A stretch of 62,053 nt of DNA, the filler included, from Catajapyx aquilonaris (lineage: Eukaryota), in the NCBI GenBank assembly GCA_000934665.2. It is 3 parts of 3 records of this genome, joined end to end, with 100 filler letters (N's around TTAATTAATTAA, not from the genome) between each part and the next. Parts side by side here need not be neighbours in the genome. Positions count along the whole stretch, not along the records: positions 20,473 to 41,586 come from JYFJ02006277.1; 2 more parts are not named here. The stretch is one strand, 5' to 3'. Position numbers and translations under genes: made by a program. Within the stretch, counting starts at the first letter, position 1. Each line of letters starts with the position of its first letter. Below the pieces are notes generated by a model. That model had not been told where the DNA came from. It saw only the letters and a program-made list of their open reading frames with translations, and searched no databases. Shown piece after piece: positions 26,931 to 40,500 of this stretch.

Positions 26931-28500
26931 TATTCTATCTATCTATCTATATTCATCACGGCCTCGATCCCTTTAAAGGGTGGCCAGCGATAGCCAGATA
27001 CATGCATCTGGCCATCTCGTTTGACCGATACAATGAACCCTCTGGTGACTGGTCAGGCCACGCAGAGAGCCTCCGCTTTGTCGTCGATCTCCTTCAAGAT
27101 TTTAGCCACGGTCTCGGCCATAGGCTTGTAGGGAGGCAGGCTTTTGTGAGGCGGTATGAAGGTGTAGGTGGACTTGGTTGCATCAGTGCAGAGGATCTGA
27201 GGATGTTGTCATAAACGGCCTTCCTCAAATCGTCTAATGCACGCTGCATCCTTCTCTTGGGGTCTCCCCCCAGTAGGGCGGTCGAATACCCCAACAGGTA
27301 ATCCCTTGTCAGTGGGCTATAAATATCAGCATGTTTTGCTTGATCTAGCCAATGCTATCTGCATTATCGAAGCAACATTCTCGTGTATTTGATGCAATTA
27401 TGGCGGGTTAACCCAAACGGCTTGACATCTTCTTTGCTTCTCACATTCTTTCTTCTTCTTCTCCTTCTTTTTGTTCTCCTTTTTCTTCATCTACTTGGAC
27501 ATCTGACTTATCTTTAGCTCGATCCCCAGTGTAGGACCACGGAAGATGTCCCAAGATATGCTTAGTGTATTCACTGCTGTCAAGAATTGCTGGTTCACGG
27601 GTGTGGTTGACATGATCGTAGACACAAGGCGTCTTCTTATGGAATCTTAGCCTCTTCCAACATCCTCTTCTGAGGTGGATGGCCTAACACCAGGTTGTGT
27701 GGGGTGGGCATATAATAGTCAATCTGTTCGACCATATTGTGATAGCCCAAGTCTCCAAAAAACTTCTTCTTTTGGGCTCCCGTCATGAGTTGTGGTGTAT
27801 GACTTCACACCACTCGTGGCGCCTTCTCCTCTCATTACTGTTTCATCCGCGACCATCCTGTACTTCTTCCGACTCGGGCATGGTGTTGTCAATGTGCAAT
27901 TCCGAAGTCATGGTATGAGGAAAGTGTTGTGCTCCTTCTTACTAGAAGTACAAAATGTGTGGCACGCGTACTATTATTCGCAACACGCACGATATGCCTA
28001 CATGCTTCTGGGCTTCACTGTGGATCAAGCATCTTTCCAGAAAATGACATCTTTATTCCGCCATTTCGCTCTGGGACCATCCCCTGGACCTGCATTTTCC
28101 ATGTCTGGTATCCACATCAGACAGTCTGGTGCAGGTGAAAGTTTAAGCTGGTCTTGGGTCGTGTCTGACGCTCTTGTTCTCGTACATATCAAGTCGTTAT
28201 GCGGCCATCATCACACGGTTCTTCTGAGGGGTTTGCGTTTAAACTGCCCCTTTTGGTTGCAAGTCTCGTCGCACTAATGGGCCCATTTCAATTTTCAGTG
28301 CTTAAGACTTTTTTCACAGATTGTGACTGTCCCAGAATAACACTTATGTCGAGATGTAATGCATTTTATATGCATTTATTAGTGGTGGTATCTAGGCTGG
28401 TGCGTCTTGTTTATTGAAGGCCTGTTCAAGAGGAATGACATTATCGGTAATATTATCATTTACCCGTCTTTATCCTGCTTCCATTGAGTTCCCCTCTGCT
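26931..28500 (-). mobile_element. Possible decayed non-LTR retroelement fragment
   Basis: (ATAG)n tail at about 26931-26950. Minus-strand frames hold degenerate Cys/His knuckle-like remnants (LRNCTLTTPCPSRK) reminiscent of LINE ORF1, with many stops. Confidence 0.3.
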
Positions 28501-29641
28501 ACTCCCGTTACATGTCGGGTCTTCCTACTAGCATTTGTTGCATTTCCAGTAGGCTTTATTATCACCTGGGAAATATATTTTTATAATTATTAGTAGCCTA
28601 ATACGGCTGGTTAGTGGTAAGTCGTCCGGAAGTAGACGAAGGCATTTTTTTTGCAGTCCTTGTGGAAGCCATATCGGCTCCAGTGAGCTAGGGGCATTAT
28701 TTGTCATCCCAAAACATGCGAATAACTTCACACCTCATAGAGATATTTACTCTTTAGAAATCAAATTACGTACATGCCATTGTTTATATCAAAACTCCAT
28801 AGAAGACGTTCTAAAAGGATACAACTGAATATTGGGATAAAAATTAATGAGAGTACTATAGGCGTCTATGTAAAGTGGTATAGGTGAATAACTGTATTTA
28901 ATGAATTAATAGCATTACATGTTTACATTGCAACTTGCAGAGTAATATACAGAAAATATAAGTAAAGGAGGGCATGTAATGTAAGCACAAATTTCAGGCA
29001 CATCATAATCGCCGAATTCTAGTTTCTCCGAATTGTAACAACTGTGTCCTAAGTAGAAATACTCCACTTACCTTATTATTATATGTGTTTCCTCCTTCGC
29101 GTTGTCAAAAACCTAAAATTCTGTGACATGACACTGTAAATCCGTCACGTTTTTTCCCCACCCGGTGCTGGTTAGCTTCCTTCTCATGAGCTATGCTCGA
29201 ATGGAATAAGTACGTAATTTTGTAACTTCAGTTCTTTATGGCATTCATTTTTTAAAAAAATAATCTACATGTCAATTGTTTAACCTTAACTTAGGTTACA
29301 CTGGGAAATCACGCTACACAACACCGCATATTCCTGTTACGCACCTTTTATTACCCTTCAGGCAGGCTAGTACAGAAGACAAATCCACAAGGAAAAAATA
29401 CGGTCCTATACTCTCACACTGTGTCAGTCATCGTCTCCATCAAATGATTATGTGCTCACGAGTTGGTCTCACGGTCTTATTTGACAGGCTCCATCCTGAT
29501 GGCTAAGTCAGCAAACGCAAGTGAACGTTTGATGCGTTCTATCTCTTTCTGCAATATATTCTATGACACATTTCAATATATTGGTCGCTGGCCTCTTGGG
29601 AAGTTCCCCTGAAACAACACAACTACACCTTTCTAGAGCAG

Positions 29642-29712
29642 CATTAACAACATGACCTACACCGTAGATCGCAGGTCTAGAAAAAAAGCGAGCGAAGCGA
29701 GGGTTTTTCTAG
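29642..29712 (+). mobile_element. 3' end of a non-autonomous Helitron-like family
   Basis: CTAGAAAAA..GCGAGCGAAGCGAGGGTTTTTCTAG|T. The same end occurs at 33049 (-), 34795 (+) and 56942 (+). Confidence 0.7.
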
Positions 29713-30210
29713 TAATCTATTGAATATTGTGTGATCACGCGACAAAAAATTGAAAATAAGTAGGCCGCAACTGCTGAACTATGTATAGGGAGCACCTTCA
29801 AAAGAAACTGATGTGATACTACATCGTAAATTGAAAATTAATATCAGGGACATATTTCAATCATTTAACTACCACAACGTAACGATTGTGATGTATATCC
29901 AGAATGTCATCATCTCTAGAATATAGAGATTACGCTTTCCAACACCTGCATAATCCTTCACATTAATATTGTGCTCTGCATGACATAATAATATTGAGAC
30001 GAACTGACCATATAAGTGAAACATAATTTCATGACACCAACGAGATAGAGCCTGCTGTTTGTCAATAATATTTGTACATTTTGGGCTGACAGGTACACAT
30101 TTGATCATGAAATACTGCAGGTAATTTGCAACCATTAGAACATGTACAGCGTATATGACACTTTGGCACTTGTATGCAGTGATGGCAAGGGAAGGGTGCA
30201 CGACTACTGA

Positions 30211-30858
30211 CAAGGGAAGTGTCTGTAGGGCCATCGGCCAATCGGCCTGAAAATGACACTAGGGGTAAATCGCAGGCCAGAAATTCATTGGTGAAAGTAA
30301 AAAGTCGCATTAGCCAATCGTTTTCGAGATATGGGCGACTATAGGTGCCCGGCAAACCTGCTCGGTGACAATGGGGCGCATTCGGCAGAAGAAATTATAA
30401 ACAGTATTCGTGGCTCCGCCGGTAGCGCGTCCGCGTCATGATCCGAAGTCTCCACGTTCAAGCCCGCGGGAAGCGACTTNCCCCCCTCCCTTTCTCGTCT
30501 CGGTCTCTCGGAGCATCGTTTTCTTTTTCTTTCTTCCCCGACACCATTTATCACCGCATATCTTCCCTTTTGCAATCAACAGGAATAAATAAACAGCTTG
30601 CTGGGAAGTGCATTACTTTTTTTTTCTTCTGCCGATGCTTACCTACTCTCTCCATGGCTTCATATTCGGAAAATGAATAGTCACAAGCTCAGTAAATAAC
30701 AACTTATTCGTGTTTGCCGGGCACCTATAGTCGCCCATATCTCGAAAACGCTTGGCTAATGCGACTTTTTACTTTCACCAATGAATTTCTGGCCTGCGAT
30801 TTACCCCTAGTGTCATTTTCGGGCCGATTGGCCGATGGCCCTACAGACACTTCCCTTG
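30211..30858. mobile_element. MITE with ~147-bp TIRs and 3-bp TGA TSD
   Basis: 30211-30357 and 30712-30858 are near-perfect reverse complements (CAAGGGAAGTG...CACTTCCCTTG), with TGA on both sides. Confidence 0.88.
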
Positions 30859-30906
30859 TGAGTGTTAAGTGGCCTGCTGAATGAACAACTCCAGTAGAAG
30901 TATAAA

Positions 30907-32747
30907 GTGTGTGCAAATTGGACAGAGGTGAAAATGGAAGAATTGACAGCGCTAAGTGATAGCATTTCACTGAACAACTCATCATTGGCAGTGACAATGA
31001 CAATTAAATGTTTGCTCACTGTTTCAGAGGTGTGCAAAAAAGCAAAGTTGGACATCCAAGCAGTGTTTCAAGATGTGTACCATGTAGCCATAACAGATGC
31101 AACACAAGAAAGTATGGAAATCAGAGCCAGAGGCTATCGAGCTGCCCTCAGGAAAAAAGGAGGATACCAGAAGAAGAAATTATTGGCCACGGCAGTACGT
31201 TTCCCTGCCCAGACACCGGCAAGCAGAACTACCATCTCGACCCAGGCTACACCATCGAGAAAAGAAGTGGCAAGCCAAACATCAGGCTCTTCGTTATCAG
31301 CTGTTCAAGCCCTTACTGCAGAAGTGGAGAGAAAGGAGCGTGCCCGAGCTGTCGCCCAGAAGAAATGCGAAGTGCTTCAGCAAAAAACAAGTGAACTGAG
31401 TGAAGTAATTGACAACTTGGGATTGCCATGCAGTGCGCAGGAGTATGGATTCCTCAACAGAGGGAAAACCATTGGAGAGCTCAGTGACAGCCCAAAAAAA
31501 AAGGAAACTGCAGCATATGACCCCAACAGTTAACAATTCCCTCTACTTTCTACCTTCTTATGGATTGGAACTGCAGGAAGTGGTTATAGTGGAAGACAGC
31601 AATACAAAGAAGCAGTACCGCCTAAGTTGCCAGAACGGAAGAGGGAAAGTGGTGACAGCGACAAGTAGACTAGACGTGTCGGGGACTTCAGACTTTGCGC
31701 AGCTCACGCCAGAGGGGAAAGATCTTGTCTTAACTGCTCTTCATATTAAAGACACCCTCCACGTTGGGCAAGAAGCCTGGTATGCGCTGACTGCATTGTG
31801 TCCATCCCTGCCAAAGTGGAGAATGCTCCAATCTTGCCGGAGGTGGCAAGACCAACAGTGCAATATCTCCTGGTTGGATGGGAAAATCCCAGGTGCCGCA
31901 ATAGAGAGCATTTCGGATGAGATAGATATGTCTTTTTTTATCATTAGCTTAACAGAATTTTTACAGTTTGAATTTCTTACACACAGGTGATGCAGTGAAG
32001 CGCATGTGCCAGGAGAGAGGGATGCCACTGACTGCGGCTGGCACCGTAACAGTCAAGCTGGAAGGATATGGTGCCCACATGAGCACAAATGGTCATCAGT
32101 GGACTGCCTTCCACTTTGTAGTTGATGGCGTGCGAGATATGCAGTCAGTGAAGTCGCACCGGACATTTTTGATTGCCGAACATCAGGAATCGTACCCTGC
32201 CGTAGCTGAAGCCACCCAGACGGCAGCACGGGAGATCAACGAGATTATTGCCAAGGGGGGAATCACCATCAACCAAACCTTCATCCACCTGAAGATGACC
32301 CTAGGAGGAGACATGAAATTTCTGCTACTAGTGATGGGATTGAAGGCCGCCAATTCCGAACACCCATGTGTCTACTGCACCTTGACCAGCGACAAACTGT
32401 GGGTGACACGTGGTGAAAGTAAGGCAGAGCTCCGCACCTTGGACAGCATCGGATGTGACTACATAAATGACAGGAATGGAGTTCAGCATCTCCCAATTTT
32501 CCGCATCAATCCTGAAGACGTCATCATTGACACCCTGCACCTACTAATGAGAGTGGTTGACAGGCTGTTGGACAATTTGGTGCGAGACTGTCAAAAAGTG
32601 GACCAGAGAAGATCTCAAAACTTGCAAGGACTCCCAAGAACTGCCCTCCAACAGTTAGGTGTTGTCATGCAAAAATGTCGTGAAATGCGCACTCGTCCGG
32701 ACGTGCCATCTAGGAATTTAAAATTACACGTAACTAAAATGAAATAA
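30907..32747 (+). pseudogene. RAG1/Transib/Chapaev-like (CMC group) DDE transposase, decayed
   Basis: GKTIGELSDS-KRK (NBD-like, frameshift in a poly-A run near 31500), VKLEGYGA (first catalytic D apparently replaced by Y), GGDMKFLLLVMGLKAANSEHPCVYC and IDTLHLLMR. These parallel RAG1 GYDEK..GL.ASGS.YICTLC and IDALH. Probable intron acceptor at about 31987. Confidence 0.75.
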
Positions 32748-33048
32748 AGAGACGATTATTTCACGCACATCTGGGAATCTCATCTATTTTCGTGGCTATG
32801 TAATTCCGTCAAGTAACTTGTACAATAATCTTGTCCCTACATTCGCATCTCATGGTTTTTATATTTGAGCTATTTCTGTAATTTCAAGTAAAAGTGATTT
32901 AGGTGGTAGTTGACAAACTTAAAGCAGGTGGGAAAAAGATGGGGGCAGTTACGGCCATCGGAAATGTAGAGTAATTTGCATTCGTGCGTTTTTCTTATTA
33001 TGAATATACATATTTTGACATTCGCAAAATACATTTTTTTTAAATGAA

Positions 33049-34795
33049 CTAGAAAAACCCTCGCTCCGCTCGAATTTTCCTATGGCACAGGCGTAGAAAA
33101 CCGCCTGCGGTGTACACCGCATTTTAAATCGCTTCCGACTTATAGCCAGTGATGATGCCCATCCCCCAATCATATGTGTACTCCCACCCCCCCCGTTCCT
33201 CCGTCCGTGATTCTGAACTGCTATCCACGATTCCGTACTACCTTGCGAACCGTCTGAAATCCCACCTTTGCATTGCATTGGCTGGGAAATACTCTGCATG
33301 CATTTGCTCACCGCCTGAACATGCCAATTCCCTTTTGCATTTTTAAAACCCCCAATAAATTATTGTACGAACAGAAATTCACAACCTCTACCGCCTCTAC
33401 TCGCATGCACTCATCGCACATATGTATCTAAATTATATTATGCACACTTTCCGACCAGATTTTGTGACTGCTCATAATCATAACTCCCCTTTATTATGAA
33501 CATCCACGGAACTCTGCAGAAAGACGATCAAGTACTGATTTCATTATTCTCCCCGACAATTTATTTTGATATTCTCGACCTATTCCCGGGTTCAGTGTTG
33601 AATGTCGCAGCCAATCCTGCTTACAAACTCTCTCTGCGGTGTTGACAGGAGGTTGACCTTCTTTAACCCTTTGACGACTACGGACATCATAATTATTATG
33701 ATGTCCGAGCTTACATTGCTGCATGGCCTACGGACATCATAATTATGATGTCTGGAGATTTGCCCTGCCAACTTGGGGCATTTTTCAACTCGTAAAATTC
33801 CGACCTCACCGATTTTCTTGAAATTCGGTGCATTGGTAGCCCACCCCAAGGGATGAAACCGGACCTATAATTACCTGCTCGAAATTGACCCACATTGGAG
33901 GGGGGCATATGTCAATGCACCGAATTTCAAGAAAATCGGCGAGGGCGGAATTTGACCTCTGCTCACCTTCAATATGGGTCGCAGGGTCCTTTTGGGCTTA
34001 TGTCGGGTTTACAGGCCATTCGCCGAATCAATTAGGAAACAGTACCTGCGGCTTGCTGACCCTTTGAATCGTTGTTTTCCTACTGGGTTTGAAGTTGGGG
34101 GAGTGACCAGGGACCCCGGAATTAATTCCTCGAGCTGAAGCAGAATGCAGATGGGAGCATTGTTGTCATTGTTGCCGAATCGTATGTTGCTATAGGTAAT
34201 GAACAAACACAACAATGAAAATGTGGAAATCGTGACTAATTGATTCGGCGAATGGCCTGTAAACTCGACTTCAGCCGGTGCGTTTTTCATTCCTTGGGGT
34301 GGGCTACCATTGCACCGAATTTCAAGAAAATCGGTGAGGTCGGAATTTTATGACTTGACCTCTGCCCCCCCCCCCTCAAAAATGGGTCTCAGGGTCATTT
34401 TGATCAGGTAACGATAGGTAATCCGGGCAGTCCGCGGATTATTATTCATTAATATCACTCTTCATCAAATTTCCGGAAAAGGGGGAAAAAGAACTCAGGC
34501 CCTGGGGGTGAGCAAAATCATGCAGAGTATTTCCCAGCCAATGCAATGCAAAGGTGGGATTTCAGACGGTTCGCAAGGTAGTACGGAATCGTGGATAGCA
34601 GTTCAGAATCACGGACGGAGGAACGGGTGGGGTGGGAGTACACATATGATTGGGGGATGGGCATCATCACTGGCTATAAGTCGGAAGCGATTTAAAATGC
34701 GGTGTACACCGCAGGCGTAGAAAAACGTGACCGAAGCGAGCGGTTTTCTACGCCTGAGCCATAGAAAAATTCGAGCGGAGCGAGGGTTTTTCTAG
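33049..34795. mobile_element. Back-to-back Helitron-like non-autonomous elements forming a 1.75-kb foldback
   Basis: 33049-33311 and about 34506-34795 are inverted copies, each ending in CTAG|T facing outward. Nested inverted repeats lie at 33795-33855/34290-34350 and 34008-34034/34238-34263. Confidence 0.75.
33667..33755 (+). mobile_element. piggyBac-like terminus
   Basis: TTAA|CCCTTTGACGACTACGGACATCATAATTATTATGATGTCC. A reverse-oriented equivalent ends at 56774|TTAA. Confidence 0.6.
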
Positions 34796-34865
34796 TGTAC
34801 GTATTAATTGAATTCAGAATTATAGGTTAGGTCAAGCCTTAACTTCACAAGAAAAGAGAAAATTA

Positions 34866-35905
34866 TTGCATCGTGACCCACTACGGCCAAAAAAGAAGAA
34901 ACCAGTTCTGGTGCCATCAGACGATGAAGAAGACAATGACAGTATCAGAAGTCAAACTCTGCCAGTGTTAAAAAAGAGAGAGAGAGAAAAAAAAAATTCA
35001 AAGTTTGCAAATGCGAAAAAGAGAGTCGACTGGGAAACCCAAGAAACCATTGATGATTCAACTGAGAGTACACTCAGAGACGTGGCGAGTGTGTTTCATG
35101 CTGCCCAAGAGCTTCTGAATGAAGTGTACGAAGATGAAGATCTGGACAATGGGCCGTGTATGTCACCTATAACAGATGCTCCAGACCCGGAGGCCGAGGT
35201 TAATGATCTGCGGAAGATCGTTGAGGAAAAAAATAAAATCATTGCCAGCCTCCTGGAGGAACTGAATTTTTCAAACAAGGTAATGGAAATTATGTATGTT
35301 GTACAAATCTAAGTGTTTTCTGTGACATTTTGCATGAACTGAATTTTTTTTTTTGTAACCTTCGCAGCACCTCCTGAAGCTATCATTTTCATGGCCGAAA
35401 TGAGTCGGCGTTTGGCACCATGCTCCGACTTGTCATGGTTTTTATTTTCACTGTTATTGAAACAGTAACGTGTAGTAATTTATGCTTTTAAATGCTTTAA
35501 GAATCAGCCCATCTCAGTAGGCCTACATTCCAGAGATGCAACTGCGCTTTTATACAGTACAGTACATACTTATGCACTTGTGAGTAACGAAAAGTAAGCA
35601 TCAATCAGAACAAATCACATGTTTGCTGTCCTACTTCCAATATTTTGGTACTGGGTGTGCACTGGAAACTACTTGCTGCACTCCAGCACCTTTACGGAAT
35701 TCATACTACAGAAAACAAGTCTCAGCTCACTAACTGAATGAACCATAATCACTATCTTGTAATTATTATCCGTCTCTTATCTGGTAATCCAAAATGTTTA
35801 TAATTGTACCGTGACAGGTTGAAATTCTCCCTGGATGTGGCATTTGGTTGACACAACCACAGAAGACGGCTCTGGAACTGTCCACTGGATCTGTCGGACA
35901 GATGC
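34866..35905 (+). pseudogene. Spliced transposon accessory gene fragment (acidic/coiled-coil, pre-BEN-like)
   Basis: Exon about 34866-35279 (DPEAEVNDLRKIVEEKNKIIASLLEEL, ending at GTAATG), acceptors at 35367 and 35817, then VEILPGCGIWLT. It is cut at 35905 by the Transib end. The BEN-domain assignment is an inference. Confidence 0.45.
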
Positions 35906-37102
35906 CACAGTGGAAGAAATTGAGAAATAGACGGTCAAATTTCCAATTTGGCAACAGTGTCATATCATTTAAAAAGACATTTGGGGTTCCTCACTGCTTA
36001 TCAGTCTTCCATATGGTTCACATTGCCACCTGCTGAAATGTTTATATTAGCGTCCAGACCAGGCCAGATCTCGCACAGTAGAACAAGAGCGTGAGTGTGC
36101 CTGTGCGGTAGAAGATTTTTCTGCTTCTCTTGGGCTTCAATATGGAAGGTAATGATAATTGTTTTTATCACATTATATACTTGTGAATATGCTCTTTCGT
36201 TTGCAATTACAAGTTTACGGATTATTTGAACAATAAAGAAAATTTGCGCAAGTGAATTTCTTCTTGAATTTGAGCTGCAAATTGCTCCGGGCATCAACCG
36301 GTCAAATATTTTGCGGCAATAACTTCTTTGGCTCTATTGTAATCAGTAGAAGAAATAAGATCTTGCTCATGCGTACACCAATTCCCGAAATTACGTCATA
36401 TGTATGAGGGTATACTACAGAACACGCATATCATTTTTTTTTCAACAGAGTTACAAGCAGCACGAACAAGGAGAGAACTGTTCAAGGTAATGAGGGAAAG
36501 ATCTACCCTGTCAAGGCAAGAACAGCAGCTTCACCTCGAAAATTTCCTGGTGAATCTATTGAACGTTTCGAAAGATTCAGATGCTTGAGCCTTGAGAATG
36601 TGCGTGTCACGTTTCTGCAGTGAGATATTCAGAAGGTGGGTGCAGGCTGCCAGAAACAATGACAGATTCTTAAAGAACAACGCAGATTGGCTGGACAAGA
36701 AGCTGGTTTTGCCTACAGGCTTGAAATGGCCTGAGCCAGCACCAGAGCCCGTGTCCCTCCCGTCTACGTCTCGGATGGATCGCGGTCGTCCAGAAGCAGA
36801 CTTTTTGACCAGCAGCGAAAGGACAAAAAGGAGAAGATGCGAGAAGCTGCGAAAAGTACCTGCAGATCAATCAACTTACGCAGCTCAGATGTATCTGCGG
36901 GCAGAGGGAAGAGAAGATACTGCAAAACTTGTCGAGGAAGCCACACACTCAACACCAAGAAGACCCAAGAAGATAAGAGACGCCTGGAGAACATGGCAAA
37001 CAGCACCAGCCATGAAGCCATATACAGCAGATGAAGCATTGGGTTTCCTGGTGGACGCAAAACTGACAAAACATCAATACCAGCTAATGAAGAGAGGAGC
37101 TA
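35906..37102 (+). mobile_element. Transib transposon 5' part with N-terminal transposase, interrupted
   Basis: Begins CACAGTGG (RSS heptamer-like TIR) after GATGC. The ORF at 36400-37100 has GRPEADF..SSERTKRRR, AAQM.LR.EG and YTADEALGFLVDAKLTKHQY, characteristic of Transib transposases. There is a stop at 36586, and the frame is cut at 37102. Confidence 0.85.
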
Positions 37103-37596
37103 CACTCTCATTCAGTTTCCACTTACTTTTCCACTTATATGACTAAATAAGTGGAAATCTGATACGTTTATGTGGAAACGCCAAATGTAAGTGGAAAGCA
37201 GTATACAAATAAGTGGAAAAATTGTCAATAAGTGGAAAGGTAAGTGGAAAGGGGAAATTTCCACTTACCAGTTGAAAATTTTTCCACTTATCTCTCATAT
37301 TTTCCACTTACGCTCCCCACAAAGGCCAGGGGTTTTCCCCGCTGACTCCTTCTCGCCAGTGGCGCTCCTCCTCCTCCCCCTGCTTTGTGCAAGTGTTTGA
37401 GAGGTTGCATCAGCCTGAAAGTGCTTGACACAATACGTGTGAGTGCCCGTGCCCGTGTGAGAGGAAGTCGTACTGCGTTGTGCACTTGTGCGGTACCGGT
37501 ACCGGTATACCAAACGGTTCCAAGTGTTTCTTAGTGTATATTAAAAGGGTATATATTGGTTTTTGGAGAGGCCAAGCCGGTCGAAGCAGGGTAACA

Positions 37597-40500
37597 ATGA
37601 ATTTTTCGGCCCTCGACATTCGGGGGCAACGGCGGGGACGTTGCACCAGCAACAACTGTGAATGTGGTGAGTTCACACGATTGCAGACTACCCAGCCCTC
37701 GCAGCAAGCGGACTCCAATGGTTCGTCAGCTTCCTTGGCCGCTCTCATGGGATGGTGCGCATTTTGCGGCCATGCGCCAACAAATCACGTCAGAGTGACG
37801 GACGAGGGTAAGTTATGGCCTACAATGATACCTGTGTATATATAGCGCAATCGCAAGGGACCCTAACTTTTGGGGTAATAGACAGGGCTATTCCACACTG
37901 TATTTTCAGCGTATTCCGGTAAAGGACATTGCTGAGTTTTTTGCCGGTGAGAAAGACAGGAAAAGGACAAGAGCAAAAATTGACACCTTACCTCAACATG
38001 GTGTAAAATCAATATATCTAGTACTGTATTTAGGCCTAAGAGTTGCTGTGCTTTGTAAAATAATTTGTTCTTTTCCCAAACAAAACCATTGCCTGCCAAT
38101 CTGCCAGATAAGTAGATAGTAAATCTCTATACTTATTTATACTAATTTTAATTTTTAATGTTTTAGATTGAAATCGCCAGGTGAAAATTTTGCATGTCTC
38201 AAAATGCATGTCTCAAAATGCTAAAAATAAACGTAAATTCCATTTAATGCATTTGTTGAGAATATACTGTATAATTACGGCCTGAAAGTATTTAAGACAG
38301 CATGCTTCAATAACATGGGAATGAAGTGAACATACAGTATACGGTATACTCTTGGACCTGAAATAATGTACATATACTGACTTAGTAAATAATACTTTAC
38401 ACAGTTGCTGAGAGTGCCATGGAAGAGACCCCTCCACCAGCAGGTGATGGAAGCACGTCATATGATTGTAACTTACAAGGATCAGCGCAGCCAGTTCCAG
38501 TTGCTGGGACAAGCCAGGGCAGCATGAGTGATGGTATCCAGCCGCCACCAGCCAAAACAAGAAAACAGGTGCATACATGTGCTGAGTGTGGGTTTAAAAC
38601 ATTCAAGATTCACGGTTTTAAACTTCATTTTCGGCAGTGCCATGGGGTAGTGGGCAGAATACGGTGCCAGTGCTCCCTTGTTTTTACCAGGCTCAAACCT
38701 TATCTTGCACATGTACAAATATGCAAAGTTCCCCATGAAAGGAGAGAGGACTCACAAATTCTGGAACTTACTGGTTCCTTTTTCACAGAATCGAACATGT
38801 GTGAAGAACTGCAGGAAGAGACTAATTACTCAGACACCAAAAAGTTAAGCAGCATTTGCCTAGAACTAGAAGGGAGGCACAGGGTTCAAAAATGTGTGAT
38901 TGATACAGTAATGCAACATATTGAACACATTGTCCAAAGTAAGGGGGCCTCAATTGACATCAGTGCATTTTCAAGTGACAGGGTTCGAAAAAGACAATAC
39001 AAAGAAATGGGTATATACGTACAGACAAAGGAAGTGGAACTTGGTAGGGGCAAGAAAGGGTACTATGTACCTTTCCAAAATTTGCTGAATTTTCTGCTTA
39101 GGGACAGACAGTACCAGACCCACTTTGACACTCCTCCACAGCCATCCAACACTAACATCATGAGAGATTTTGCAGATGGTATGCGCTACCAAAGCCATCC
39201 AATAGTGAAGGATCACAAGAAAAATGTTATTGCTGTTCTCCTTAATAATGATGAAATTGAGCTGGGAAATGCAATAGGAGCAAAACGAGGAAGGCGGGGA
39301 AAACTTAACATGTTTTACGTGCAATTTGTGAACATCCCACCTGAGTTTCGCTCACAGTTGGAACATATTCACTTGCTAGCTGTTGCAGAGGCCTCAGCTG
39401 TTAAGTCACAAGAAAGCAAGGAATTACTTTTGGGAGACTTTCTTCAATCTATGAAATCTTTAGCCCAGGCAGGAATTATGTTGGAAAATAATGGCACTGA
39501 TTGCTTGTACCATGGGTTCCTTCTTGGTTACATTGGGGATGCTCTGGCCTGCAATAACCTGGCAGGCTTTAAAGAGTCGTTTGGTCCACGGGTTCACATG
39601 GGTTGCCGCGTGTGTGATATCAAATCGCGGGACTTTGCTTTAGTGAAGTATCACAGCCAATGTACTATGAGAACAGATCAAGAGATTAGTGCACAAAAAC
39701 ACAAGATAGCTGAATGTGGAAGCAAGAAAGAGGCAGTAGAATTGTCACAAAAGTATGGAATTAATGGCAAGTCCATTTTAGATGATATCTGTTACTTTTC
39801 CCTTGTGAGTGATCTGCTGTTTGATCCCATGCACATCCTTCTTGAAGGAGTGGCTCCAAAAGAAGTTGGCCTATTTCTGCACATTGCAATACGTGAAAGA
39901 AAGTACTTTACAAGAAAGCAGCTAAACAGTTGTATTTCCTCTTTCAATTTCCATCATTCTGTGAGCCACACCTTGTACCCAAGAATTTTTGAAGTTGATC
40001 TAGCTCTTGTAGCATCTGCCAGTATGTGCTTAAATTTTATGCTGCATTTTCCATTTATTCTTCAAGATCTGGGAGTAACTGACTCATCTCTGGATATAAT
40101 GGAATCGCTTATCTCTTTGTGTCAAATTATTCAGATCACATTATCTCCTATCCTTTTTGTAGAAACCATTGTGGAACTTGAAGAGCTCATAGCTTTGCAT
40201 CATGAGAAATTTGTTTTGTGCTATGGGACTGCAAATGTAACCTCTAAGATGCACATGCTTGTTCACATTCCCCAGCAAATTAAAAATCATGGCCCCTCTC
40301 GACATCACTGGACAATGAGAACAGAGGGCAAGAATGCTCTCCCCAAGATCAAAAAGTTTTTCAACTACATGAATTTGTCATTATCAGTCAGTGAGTATCT
40401 CCAAATCAATTCCAGTTACAACTTTTTGAGCAGAGCCGAAAGGGAGAGAAATTCATGTCCCCTATCAGAACTTAGAGTGAAAAATTTGATAGGTACTTGT

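Noticed and set aside
29712..33049. RAG1-like gene apparently bracketed by inverted CTAG ends acting as its TIRs
   Set aside because: The motifs are 3' ends of a Helitron-like family whose bodies lie outside the gene, and they also occur elsewhere in the window. No TSD was found.
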